Source of the DNA: Streptosporangiaceae bacterium
GTDB lineage: Bacteria; Actinomycetota; Actinomycetes; Streptosporangiales; Streptosporangiaceae
DNA: 41,268 nucleotides
Direction of reading: 5' to 3'
Assembly: GCA_035934395.1 (NCBI GenBank)
Contig: DASYXX010000833.1
Span: forward strand, 1-41,268
A program made the translations under genes and the position numbers. How positions within the stretch are numbered: position 1 is the first letter of the stretch; every line of letters starts with the position of its first letter. The notes under the pieces are model-generated. The model ran no database searches. It saw only the letters and a list, made by a program, of their open reading frames with translations, and was not told the origin of the DNA. Shown here piece by piece: positions 15,406 to 23,641 of the stretch.

Positions 15406-15597
15406 TTATGAAATTGAAATCGCTTGTTCCGGGCAGGAGCGCACGGCCTCGGCCACCTTGTCCTCCTGGTCGGCCGGGACTTCCTCGCTCAGCGGCGAGG
15501 AATGCCCGTCGATCTCATCGAGCTGGAACATCTTCGGGGCGATCATGTTGCAGAGCGTGTGACCCTGGCAGCGCTCGGGGTCTACGTGAACCTTCAT
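15406..15597 (-). CDS. Small ferredoxin (single-cluster, 3Fe-4S-type CxxHxxC...CP)
   Basis: 'CQGHTLC' ... 'SCPEQAISI'. It is 63 aa and lies immediately upstream of the P450, as for actinobacterial P450 redox partners. Confidence 0.85.
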   Translation of the reverse strand: MKVHVDPERCQGHTLCNMIAPKMFQLDEIDGHSSPLSEEVPADQEDKVAEAVRSCPEQAISIS

Positions 15598-15609
15598 GCC
15601 ACTCTCCCC

Positions 15610-16470
15610 TTACAGGTGGAAGTCGTACAACTTGAGGTAGCCGCCCGCGTCCACCCTAAGCTGCATGCCGGTGATGTAGCGGGCCTCATCGGAGGCCAGG
15701 AACAGCACGGCGTTGGAGATGTCCACCGGCTCGATGTAGGGGATCGGCATGGCCTGCTGCACGGGGAACGCCATCTCGGCATCCTGGCGTGTGGGGTGCT
15801 CCAGGTCCGGGCGGAATGCCTTGTACATCGGCTCGCTGAACAGCATGTCCGTGGCGACGTTGGTGGGGTGTATGACGTTGGCCCGGATCTTCCTGGGGGC
15901 CAGCTCGCGCGCCAGGTCGTGCACGTACTGCGACAGCATCCGCTTGGCCACCATGTAGCCCACGCCGCCGGGGTCCGTGCCTACCTGCATCATGGGCAGC
16001 GCGTTGATGTATGCCGCGGTCGAGCCGGTCGCGATGACCGAGGCGCCCTCGGCCAGGTGCGGCAGCGCCACGTGGATCGCGTTGATCGTCCCGAGCAGGT
16101 TGGTGTCCAGCACGTCGGCCCAGGCCTGCATCGGCGGATCACCCTGCATCGCGGCGATCCCCGCCTGCGCCACGACGATGTCGAGCCGGCCCAGCTCGGC
16201 GAGGCCCGAGTCCAGAGCGTCGCGCAGCTGGGCCCGCTCGCGCACGTCGGCCTGCACGGCCACGATGCGGCGGTCCTGCGCCTCGACCAGGCGGACGGTC
16301 TCCTTCAGGTCGTCCGGCCCGGCCAGGGAGTACTTGATCGACTCGATGTCGTGGCAGAGGTCTACCGCGATGATGTCGGCGCCTTCCTGCGCCAGCCGCA
16401 CCGCGTGACTGCGGCCCTGGCCGCGCGCGGCACCCGTGATGAAGGCGATCTTGCCCTGAACACGTCCCAT
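15610..16470 (-). CDS. SDR oxidoreductase of the mycofactocin-coupled (carveol-dehydrogenase-like) subfamily
   Basis: 'KIAFITGAARGQGRSHAVRLAQEGADIIAVDLC' is the signature N-terminus of that subfamily. Also 'YMVAKRML' (YxxxK), with C-terminus 'RVDAGGYLK'. Confidence 0.8.
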   Translation of the reverse strand: MGRVQGKIAFITGAARGQGRSHAVRLAQEGADIIAVDLCHDIESIKYSLAGPDDLKETVRLVEAQDRRIVAVQADVRERAQLRDALDSGLAELGRLDIVVAQAGIAAMQGDPPMQAWADVLDTNLLGTINAIHVALPHLAEGASVIATGSTAAYINALPMMQVGTDPGGVGYMVAKRMLSQYVHDLARELAPRKIRANVIHPTNVATDMLFSEPMYKAFRPDLEHPTRQDAEMAFPVQQAMPIPYIEPVDISNAVLFLASDEARYITGMQLRVDAGGYLKLYDFHL

Positions 16471-16497
16471 TGGCGGGAGTCCTTTCTGTGTTTGCCG

Positions 16498-16818
16498 CTA
16501 TACCCGGGGCTCGACCACGAGGTCGAGGTAGGCGGCGCCGCTGTCGGGCACCCGCGCCTGCTTCCATACCTCGACCGGGAACGAGACCATGACAAGGGAG
16601 TACATCAGGTACAGCAGGTTGCGCTCGGCCTCGGGTAGCTCGTGCAGCGGGAACGTGTCCAGGTGCGCCATGGCCGGCTCGAGCAGGGGGAAGGCGGCGT
16701 CGTAGAGGGCCTGCATCTCCTCCATGGACGACGCGAGCCGCTTGGCGTAACGCTCGGGCTCGGTGGCCAGGACCCAGTCGCTGAAGCGCTCCAGGGCCGC
16801 GAACTCAGCGGGCAGCAC
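16498..16818 (-). CDS. Small acidic hypothetical protein (106 aa) overlapping the Rieske gene's 3' end
   Basis: GTG at 16818 overlaps the Rieske stop (16805-16807) by 14 nt. It sits in the same operon. No family recognised. Confidence 0.5.
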   Translation of the reverse strand: MLPAEFAALERFSDWVLATEPERYAKRLASSMEEMQALYDAAFPLLEPAMAHLDTFPLHELPEAERNLLYLMYSLVMVSFPVEVWKQARVPDSGAAYLDLVVEPRV

Positions 16819-18076
16819 CGGCGTGCTCCCTGACGTAGTCCCCGGCGGTCTTGTGCAGGTGCCGGAGCAGGATCTCCTGGTCGTTGAGGGGGAACTCGGT
16901 GACCGCGCGGCTCTTCAGCATCATCTGGGTGGCCTCCAGGGTGTTGCCGTCCTGGAGCGCGTACTCCTTGAACGTGACCGCGGCGATCTCGCGGGCGAGC
17001 CGCTCGCTCGCGGTCCTCGACGGGACGAAGTACAGGCCACCCTCGAACAGGTGCCTGTCCACCGCGGTGGGCCAGTAGTGGTAGGTCAGGTACCATCCCG
17101 GCGCCCAGATCAGCATCTGGAAGTTGGGGAAGAAGAAGAACGAGTCCATGCCCCAGGCCTTGTTCCGGGCCGGGTTGATGCCGGCCGGCAGCGGGTCCAG
17201 GCCGTCGACGGCGGGCCGGTCCCAGGGGCCGAACAGGCCGCTGCGCAGCACCCGCTCGATCGGCTTGACCATGTTCAGGTCCTTGGGCGGTGCCATGCCG
17301 CCCCAGGAGGAGAGCATCGAGTGCCGGCCGTACAGCTCGTAGTGCAGCCCCTCGTAGCCATAGCCGAGCAGCTTGTCCGCCTCCTGTTTGACCGCCTGTT
17401 TCTGATGCAGCACCGGCGCGTGGTAGAACTCGGCGAACGCGTCGATGAACAGCTTCCAGTTGCTGCCGACCTCCGCCTTGTAGCTGAACACCTCGGTCAT
17501 CTCGTGGAACGGCCAGCCCTCGAGGCCCTTGGCCATCTCGCCGAGGTAGTCGGTCAGCGGCTGCGCCTGCGGGTCCAGGTTGACGAAGATGAACCCCTCC
17601 CAGATCTCGCAGCGCACGGGCCTGAGGCCGTACTGGCTCTTGTCGACGCCGAAGAACTCACTTTCCTGCTGGATGAACGTGTTCTCGCCGTCCAGGCCGT
17701 ACCGCCAGCCGTGGTACTTGCAGGTGAACTGCCGGCATGTGCCTGCCGTCTCCTCCCGCGGGAAGTCGTTCCAGACCAGCTTGTTGCCCCGGTGCCGGCA
17801 GATGTTGTGGAACGCCCGGATCTGGCCGTCCCGGCCCCGCACGATGATCAGCGAGGTGTCGGCGACCGCGAGTTCCCTGGTGAAGTAGCTGCCGGTCCTC
17901 GGCAGCCGCTCCACCCGGCCGACGTTCAGCCAGGTCCGCTTGAAGATGGCCTCGCGCTCGGCCTCGTAGTGAGCCGGATCGATGGAGTCGGAGTAATCGA
18001 CGGGGCCGGTGCCGAGCTCGGGGTAGTGCTCGGTCCAGCTTCCCTCCGCTGGCTTGCCGAAATGCGGCATGATCAT
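16805..18076 (-). CDS. Rieske [2Fe-2S] non-heme-iron oxygenase, alpha-subunit type (no beta subunit present)
   Basis: Rieske ligands 'CRHRG...CKYHGW'. Mononuclear-iron region 'NWKLFIDAFAEFYHAPVLH'. Confidence 0.9.
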   Translation of the reverse strand: MIMPHFGKPAEGSWTEHYPELGTGPVDYSDSIDPAHYEAEREAIFKRTWLNVGRVERLPRTGSYFTRELAVADTSLIIVRGRDGQIRAFHNICRHRGNKLVWNDFPREETAGTCRQFTCKYHGWRYGLDGENTFIQQESEFFGVDKSQYGLRPVRCEIWEGFIFVNLDPQAQPLTDYLGEMAKGLEGWPFHEMTEVFSYKAEVGSNWKLFIDAFAEFYHAPVLHQKQAVKQEADKLLGYGYEGLHYELYGRHSMLSSWGGMAPPKDLNMVKPIERVLRSGLFGPWDRPAVDGLDPLPAGINPARNKAWGMDSFFFFPNFQMLIWAPGWYLTYHYWPTAVDRHLFEGGLYFVPSRTASERLAREIAAVTFKEYALQDGNTLEATQMMLKSRAVTEFPLNDQEILLRHLHKTAGDYVREHAGAAR

Positions 18077-18615
18077 GTTCCCTTCTCGAAGTCACCGTCG
18101 GGAAGGCCCGGCTCGAGTTCCACCCCGAACGTGTTGAAGGCCATGGCCAGCAGGCCGTAGGTGCCGATCGTGAAGACCAGGTCCATGAGCTGGCGGTCGT
18201 CCAGCTCGGCGGCGAGCTCCCGGTAGGTCTCATCCGAGAGGCAGGAGTCGTCGTCGAGCTCGTCAACCGCCCGGCTGATCAGCGTCGCGTCCCCGGCGCG
18301 GATGCCGGCGATCTCCTCGTCGGTGATCCCGGCCCGCCTGGCGATCTGCACGTGCTGCGCCCACTCGTACCGGCAGCGCCGCCGCCAGGCGATCTGCAGG
18401 ATGGCCAGCTCGCGGGTGCGGGCCGGCAGCGCGGAGGCGGTCAGCAGGTGGACGTTGAAGGTCAGGAACGCCCTGGCCAGCGCGGGATGCTGGGCCAGCA
18501 GCCCCAGGACGTTGTTCGGCGGGAGCTTGCGCCCGCCGGAGATCGCCGACAGCGCGTCGGTGTCCCACTGGTCGTAGGGCAGCGGGGGGATCCGCGGGGT
18601 CGTCACCCGGCTCAC
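18073..18615 (-). CDS. Carboxymuconolactone decarboxylase (AhpD-like) family protein
   Basis: 'ARTRELAILQIAWRRRCRYEWAQHVQIARRAGITDEEI' is the CMD-domain core. GTG at 18615 overlaps the upstream stop (GTGA) and its stop overlaps the Rieske ATG (ATGA). The listed 503-aa ORF is an artefactual extension. Confidence 0.75.
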   Translation of the reverse strand: MSRVTTPRIPPLPYDQWDTDALSAISGGRKLPPNNVLGLLAQHPALARAFLTFNVHLLTASALPARTRELAILQIAWRRRCRYEWAQHVQIARRAGITDEEIAGIRAGDATLISRAVDELDDDSCLSDETYRELAAELDDRQLMDLVFTIGTYGLLAMAFNTFGVELEPGLPDGDFEKGT

Positions 18616-19331
18616 GTGTTCCGTCCGCCGTTCACGCCGATGAGCTGGCCGGTGATGTACCCGGCCTCCTCGGAGACCAGGAACGCGCACGCAGCGGCGA
18701 TGTCCTCGGGCCTTCCGACCCGGCGAACGGGCGTGCGTTCGATATGATCTTCGATTTTTCCGCCGAGCCGGCCGCGCGCCTCGGCCCTGCGCAGCATCGG
18801 GGTGTCGATGAAGCCGGGCGGGACCGCGTTGACCGTGATCCCGGACGGGCCGAGCTCCAGGGCCAGCGACTTGGTCAGCCCGTTGACCGCCGACTTGGCC
18901 GCCACGTAGTGGGCCATGAACGGCTGGCCCGAGTGCGTGCTGGAGGACGAGATGTTGACGATCCGCCCCCAGCCCGTCTCGAGCATGTCCGGGAGCACGG
19001 CCTGGATGCAGTGGAAGACGCCGTTCAGGTTGACGTCGATCACCCGCTGCCAGGCCTCGAACGTCAGGTCCGCGAACCGCTTGAAGCCGTCCACCCCGGC
19101 CGCGTTGACCAGGATCGTCACCGGGCCGAGCCGCTCCCTGACCGCGGCCAGCGCGGCGTCCACCTGAGCCCGGTCGGTCACGTCGGCCACCAGGCCGAAG
19201 CCCGCTCCCGACGGGTTGAGGTCGAGCGCGGCGACCTGGCACCCGTCCTTGCTCAGCCGCTCGGCGATGGCCAGGCCGATGCCCGATGCACCGCCGGTGA
19301 CGACGGCGTTTCTGGTGATGGTGTTCCTCAT
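18612..19331 (-). CDS. SDR oxidoreductase (FabG-like 3-oxoacyl reductase type)
   Basis: 'AVVTGGASGIGLAIA', 'NISSSS' and 'YVAAKSAV'. Confidence 0.88.
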   Translation of the reverse strand: MRNTITRNAVVTGGASGIGLAIAERLSKDGCQVAALDLNPSGAGFGLVADVTDRAQVDAALAAVRERLGPVTILVNAAGVDGFKRFADLTFEAWQRVIDVNLNGVFHCIQAVLPDMLETGWGRIVNISSSSTHSGQPFMAHYVAAKSAVNGLTKSLALELGPSGITVNAVPPGFIDTPMLRRAEARGRLGGKIEDHIERTPVRRVGRPEDIAAACAFLVSEEAGYITGQLIGVNGGRNT

Positions 19332-20134
19332 GACCAGGGCTCGTCGCCCACGATCGTGGTCCGGTGCAGGGTCCGCTCCGAGGATGCCTCGTATGGCTGG
19401 GCGCGGTGCAGCATGCCGGTGTTGTCCCAGACCACCAGGTCACCGACCTGCCAGTCGTGGGTGTAGCAGAATCGTTCCTGGGTGGACCAGGCCAGCAGCT
19501 CGTCGAGCAGCGCCCGGCTCTCGGCGGGCTCCAGCCCTGCGATGTGGTCGGCGGTCGCGCCGATGACCAGGGACCGCCGGCCATCGCGGCGCCGCCAGAC
19601 CAGCGACGTCTCGTGCGTGGGCACCCTGCGCCAGCCCGCGACCTCCTGCTCGGTGGGGTCCGGCTTCACCAGCCGCTGCGACGCCTCGAAGCTGTGCACC
19701 ACGCGCAGCCCCTCGTACCGCTTGCGCTCGGCGTCGGGCAGGTTCTCGTAGGCCGCGTAGGTGCTGGCGAACTCGGTGCCGCCGCCCACCGCGGCCACGT
19801 GCCGGGCCGTCAGCGTGGTCGCCTGCACCGGCACCTTGATCGTGGTGCCGTCGATGTGCCAGTGGAAGGTGCCCTTGAGGTACTCGGCCTGGTCGGTCTT
19901 GGCCGGGTCCAGTGACACCGTGAAGATCTCCCTGCCGCGCAGCGCCACCACGTGGCCCAGCCTCCGGCTGAACGCGAGCTGCCCCTCGTCGTCCAGGTGC
20001 AGGCCGCGGATGAGCAGCACGCCGCGCCACTTCAGCGCCTCCACGCAGCGGCTGATCGCCGCGTCGTCGAACCCGCCGTCGACGCCGGTGACCGCTACGC
20101 CCAGGTGCGGGCTCAGCGCCCTGGTCTCGATCAT
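19328..20134 (-). CDS. TauD/TfdA-family Fe(II)/2-oxoglutarate-dependent dioxygenase
   Basis: 'FHWHIDG' (HxD facial triad) and 'VVWDNTGMLHRAQPY...RTLHRTTI'. ATG at 20134 is preceded by GGGAGA. The listed 598-aa ORF runs on into the antisense of the neighbouring gene. Confidence 0.85.
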   Translation of the reverse strand: MIETRALSPHLGVAVTGVDGGFDDAAISRCVEALKWRGVLLIRGLHLDDEGQLAFSRRLGHVVALRGREIFTVSLDPAKTDQAEYLKGTFHWHIDGTTIKVPVQATTLTARHVAAVGGGTEFASTYAAYENLPDAERKRYEGLRVVHSFEASQRLVKPDPTEQEVAGWRRVPTHETSLVWRRRDGRRSLVIGATADHIAGLEPAESRALLDELLAWSTQERFCYTHDWQVGDLVVWDNTGMLHRAQPYEASSERTLHRTTIVGDEPWS

Positions 20135-20248
20135 GGAAATCTCCCTTTCGGTGTGTGAGAATACTACTCTCATTGTTAAGGGAGCCGGAAGAGGAGACAG
20201 GGATGCAAAGGAGTTCCTGCAGCGCAAGACCCTGGCTACGGTGATCTC

Positions 20249-21451
20249 ATGAAACCACTCGAGGGGATCCGCGTCCTCGAGGTGGCCATGTACGGCTTCG
20301 TCCCGTCGGGCGGGGCCGTGCTGGCCGACTGGGGCGCGGACGTGATCAAGGTAGAGCACGCCGTCACCGGCGACCCGCAGCGCGGGCTGCGGATGATCGG
20401 CGCGTTCCGGGTCGAGGGCGACCCGAACCCCAACGTCGATCACTTCAACCGGGGCAAGCGCAGCATCGGCCTGCACCTGGGCACGCCCGGGGGCCGGGAG
20501 GTCCTCTACGAGCTGGCCCGCCGGGCGGACGTGTTCCTGACCAGCTTCCTGCCCGCGGCCCGGCGCAAGTTCGGCATGGACGTGGACGACATCAGGGCGG
20601 TGAACCCGGAGATCATCTACGCGCGGGGCAGCGCGCTGGGCCCGCGCGGCGCGGAAGCGGACAAGGGCGGCTACGACTTCACGGCCTTCTGGTGCCGGGG
20701 CACCCACGCCGCCAGCCTCACCCCGCCCAACATCGAAGGGCTGATCAGCCCGGCGCCCGCCTACGGTGACACGATCTCCGGCACCAACCTGGCTGGCGGG
20801 ATCGCTGCCGCGCTCTTCCGGCGCGAGCGCACGGGGGAGCCGTCGGTCGTGGACGTCTCCCTGCTCGGCAGCGGCCTGTGGACCCTGGGCCACGCGCTCG
20901 CGCTCTCGCTGCACCTCGGCATGCCCTGGGTGCCGCCGCCGCAGGGCTCCCACGGCGCGATGGCCAACCCGCTGTCCGGGCTGTACCGCACCGCCGACGG
21001 CCGGTACCTCTCGTTCGTCATGCTCCAGCCCGGCAAGTTCTGGGCCGACGTGTGCCAGCACATCGACCGACCCGGGCTGGCCGACGATCCCCGGTTCGGC
21101 ACCGCCGAGCAGATCGCCGCCCACACCGACGAGGCGGTCAAGATCCTGCAGGAGGTGATCGCCACCCGCACGCTCGCGGAGTGGACCGAGCGGTTCGCGA
21201 CCCTGGCCGGCCCCTGGGCGCCCGTGCAGGACACCTTGCAGGCCGCCGCCGACGCGCAGGTCCGGGCCAACGAGTACATCCTGCGGTCCGGCGAGCTCGA
21301 GCTGGCCTCGAGCCCGGTGCAGTTCGACGTCAGCCCGCCGCAGCTCGGCCCGGCGCCCGAGTTCGCCGCGCAGACCGAGGAGATCCTGCTCGAGCTCGGC
21401 CTGGACTGGGACCGCATCACGGAGCTCAAGGAGGCGGGCGCGGTCACCTGA
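20249..21451 (+). CDS. Family III CoA-transferase (CaiB/BaiF/Frc type)
   Basis: 'LEGIRVLEVAMYGFVPSGGAVLADWGADVIKVE', 'NRGKRSIGLHL', and a full-length C-terminus '...EFAAQTEEILLELGLDWDRITELKEAGAV'. Confidence 0.88.
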   Translation: MKPLEGIRVLEVAMYGFVPSGGAVLADWGADVIKVEHAVTGDPQRGLRMIGAFRVEGDPNPNVDHFNRGKRSIGLHLGTPGGREVLYELARRADVFLTSFLPAARRKFGMDVDDIRAVNPEIIYARGSALGPRGAEADKGGYDFTAFWCRGTHAASLTPPNIEGLISPAPAYGDTISGTNLAGGIAAALFRRERTGEPSVVDVSLLGSGLWTLGHALALSLHLGMPWVPPPQGSHGAMANPLSGLYRTADGRYLSFVMLQPGKFWADVCQHIDRPGLADDPRFGTAEQIAAHTDEAVKILQEVIATRTLAEWTERFATLAGPWAPVQDTLQAAADAQVRANEYILRSGELELASSPVQFDVSPPQLGPAPEFAAQTEEILLELGLDWDRITELKEAGAVT

Positions 21452-21455
21452 TCCG

Positions 21456-23633
21456 ATGAGCGATAACGTCTCCGGCCCCGCCGGATCGGCCTTCGACGCC
21501 GCGCTGGCGGCGGTGCGGGCCGGCGCCGACCCCGTCCAGCAGGCCAGGAACCTCTACGAGCTGCTCAGCCAGACCGAGCGGCTCGGGCTGCTGGACGGCG
21601 ACGCCCCGTTCTGGGCCGGGCTGGCGAAGCTGCGCGCGGCGCGTTACGGCTCGCGGCCGTACGTGCACGGCGCCGTGACGCGCCTGGGCATCCCGGGGAT
21701 CCGCTTCGTCGACGGCCCGCGCGGCTGCGTCGCGGGGGACGGGACCGCGTTTCCCGTGTCGATGGCGCGGGGCGCCACCTGGGACCCGGGCCTGGAGCAG
21801 CGGGTCGGTGAGGCGATCGGCGCCGAGGTCCGCGCCCAGGGCGGAAACTTCTTCGGCGGGGTCTGCATCAACCTGCCGCGTCACCCCGCCTGGGGCCGGG
21901 TGCAGGAGACCTACGGCGACGACCCGCTGCACCTGGGCGCGTTCGGCGCGGCGCTGGCCCGCGGGGCGCAGCGGCACGTCATGGCGTGCGCCAAGCACTA
22001 CGCGCTCAACTCGATGGAGAACGCCCGCTTCAAGGTCGACGTGACCATCGACGAGGGCGCGCTGCACGAGGTGTACCTGCCGCATTTCAGGCGCGTCGCG
22101 GGCGAGGGCGTCGCCGGCATCATGGCCGCCTACAACTCGGTGAACGGCGAGTGGGCGGGCCAGAACCGGTACCTGCTCACCGAGGTCCTGCGCGACCGGT
22201 GGCACTGGGACGGCATCACGGTCAGCGACTTCGTCTTCGGGCTGCGGGACGCGGCGGCGTCGCTCAACGCGGGCCTGGACCTCGAGGAGCCGTTCGCGCA
22301 GCAGCGCGCCCAGCACCTGCGGTCGCAGATCGCCCGGGGCGAGACCGGCTGGGAGATGGTCGAGCGGTCCGGGGTCCGGCTCATCGCGGCCCAGCTGCGC
22401 TGCTACGCCGGCCGGACCGCGGCCGAGCCGGGCGCGGAGGTCATGGCCAGCGCCGGGCACCGCGCGCTGGCGCGTGAGGTGGCCGCCCGCGCCATGGTCC
22501 TGCTGAGGAACGAGCCGGTGGCGGGCATGCCGGTGCTCCCCCTGGACCCGGCGGCCACGGGGCGCGTCGCCGTCATCGGCGCGCTCGCGACCGCCGCGAA
22601 CATGGGCGACTTCGGCTCCTCCCGGGTCCACCCGCCCGGGCACGTGACACCGCTGGAGGGCATCCGGGCCGCCTTCCCCGGAAGCGAGGTCACGCTCGTC
22701 GACGGGGATGACCCGGTCCGCGCCGCCGAGGCGGCGCGCCAGGCCGACGCGGCGGTGGTGGTCGTGGGCTACGACGGGCACGACGAGGGCGAGTACGTCG
22801 ACGTGGCGGGGATGGCGACGCCGGAGCTGCTCGCGCTGTTCCCGCCCCTGCCGCCCGGCGAGGCGCTGCCCGCGCTGGACGCGGATGACACCGGCATGAC
22901 CGGAGGTGACCGTGCCTCGCTGCGGCTGCACCCGGGCGACGAGGAGCTCGTCCGCACGGTCGCGCAGGCTTGCCCGCGCACCGTGGTCTGCGTCGTCGCC
23001 GGCGGTGCCGTGATCATGGAAGCGTGGCGGCACGACGTCCCCGCCATCCTGATCATGTGGTATGCCGGCATGGAGGGCGGCCACGCGCTGGCCGACGTCC
23101 TCACCGGCGCGCACAACCCGTCCGGCCGCCTCCCGTTCTCGGTCCCCACCTCCGAGGAGCACCTGCCGTCCTTCGACCGGGACGCCAGCTCGGTCACCTA
23201 CGACCGCTTCCACGGCCAGCGGCTGCTCGACAAGCTCGGCGCGGACGCCGCCTACCCGCACGGGTTCGGCCTCTCGTACACGACGTTCGCCGTGGAGACT
23301 GCCGCCGCGGGCATGCCCGCGGGCGGGAAGGTGCCGGTCACCGCCCGGGTGCGCAACACCGGCGGGCGTGACGGCTGGCACGTGGTCCAGGTGTACGGCC
23401 AGCGCGCCGTGGGCGAGCGCGCGGGCGAGAGCGCCCTGGTCGGCTTCGCCGCCGCCGAGGTCCCGGCGGGCCGGACCGTCGAGGTCGAGGTGGACTGCTC
23501 GCTCGACCCCCTCGCCATCTGGAACCCGCGGACCCGCCAGCTCGACCCGCCCGCCCGGACCACCGTCGCCCTCGAGGTAGCCGCCCACGCCCACGACCCC
23601 GCCGCGCTCACCCTCCAGGTGGCGCTGCCCTAA
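21456..23633 (+). CDS. Glycoside hydrolase family 3 (beta-glucosidase-like), no signal peptide
   Basis: 'FVDGPRG', 'KHYALNSMENAR', 'GITVSDF' (nucleophile Asp region), and a C-terminal Fn3-like 'VTARVRNTGGRDGWHVVQVY'. It starts 4 nt after the CoA-transferase stop. Confidence 0.88.
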   Translation: MSDNVSGPAGSAFDAALAAVRAGADPVQQARNLYELLSQTERLGLLDGDAPFWAGLAKLRAARYGSRPYVHGAVTRLGIPGIRFVDGPRGCVAGDGTAFPVSMARGATWDPGLEQRVGEAIGAEVRAQGGNFFGGVCINLPRHPAWGRVQETYGDDPLHLGAFGAALARGAQRHVMACAKHYALNSMENARFKVDVTIDEGALHEVYLPHFRRVAGEGVAGIMAAYNSVNGEWAGQNRYLLTEVLRDRWHWDGITVSDFVFGLRDAAASLNAGLDLEEPFAQQRAQHLRSQIARGETGWEMVERSGVRLIAAQLRCYAGRTAAEPGAEVMASAGHRALAREVAARAMVLLRNEPVAGMPVLPLDPAATGRVAVIGALATAANMGDFGSSRVHPPGHVTPLEGIRAAFPGSEVTLVDGDDPVRAAEAARQADAAVVVVGYDGHDEGEYVDVAGMATPELLALFPPLPPGEALPALDADDTGMTGGDRASLRLHPGDEELVRTVAQACPRTVVCVVAGGAVIMEAWRHDVPAILIMWYAGMEGGHALADVLTGAHNPSGRLPFSVPTSEEHLPSFDRDASSVTYDRFHGQRLLDKLGADAAYPHGFGLSYTTFAVETAAAGMPAGGKVPVTARVRNTGGRDGWHVVQVYGQRAVGERAGESALVGFAAAEVPAGRTVEVEVDCSLDPLAIWNPRTRQLDPPARTTVALEVAAHAHDPAALTLQVALP

Positions 23634-23641
23634 AGCGGCAG

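Noticed and set aside
18073-19584. 503-aa ORF. Likewise 19328-21124 (598 aa), 11395-12861 (488 aa), 39212-41224 (670 aa) and 33581-34627 (348 aa).
   Set aside because: Only the C-terminal portions are real genes (CMD, TauD, hydrolase, SDR, B12 subunit). The N-terminal extensions run through or antisense to neighbouring genes and are junk-like. Internal GTG/ATG starts have RBSs or overlap the upstream stop codon.
21444-23594. 716-aa minus-strand ORF, with similar long ORFs at 8811-9809(-), 13026-14129(+), 14554-15411(+), 15424-16638(+), 16763-18160(+), 26381-27943(-), 27994-29055(-), 29046-29930(-), 32277-33842(-), 34117-35190(-), 35346-36740(-), 36737-37912(-) and 38134-39006(-).
   Set aside because: These are antisense shadows of genes with clear family motifs on the opposite strand. 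Their translations are Arg/Gly/Pro/Asp-rich, low-complexity strings with no motifs, which is typical of stop-codon-poor high-GC DNA.
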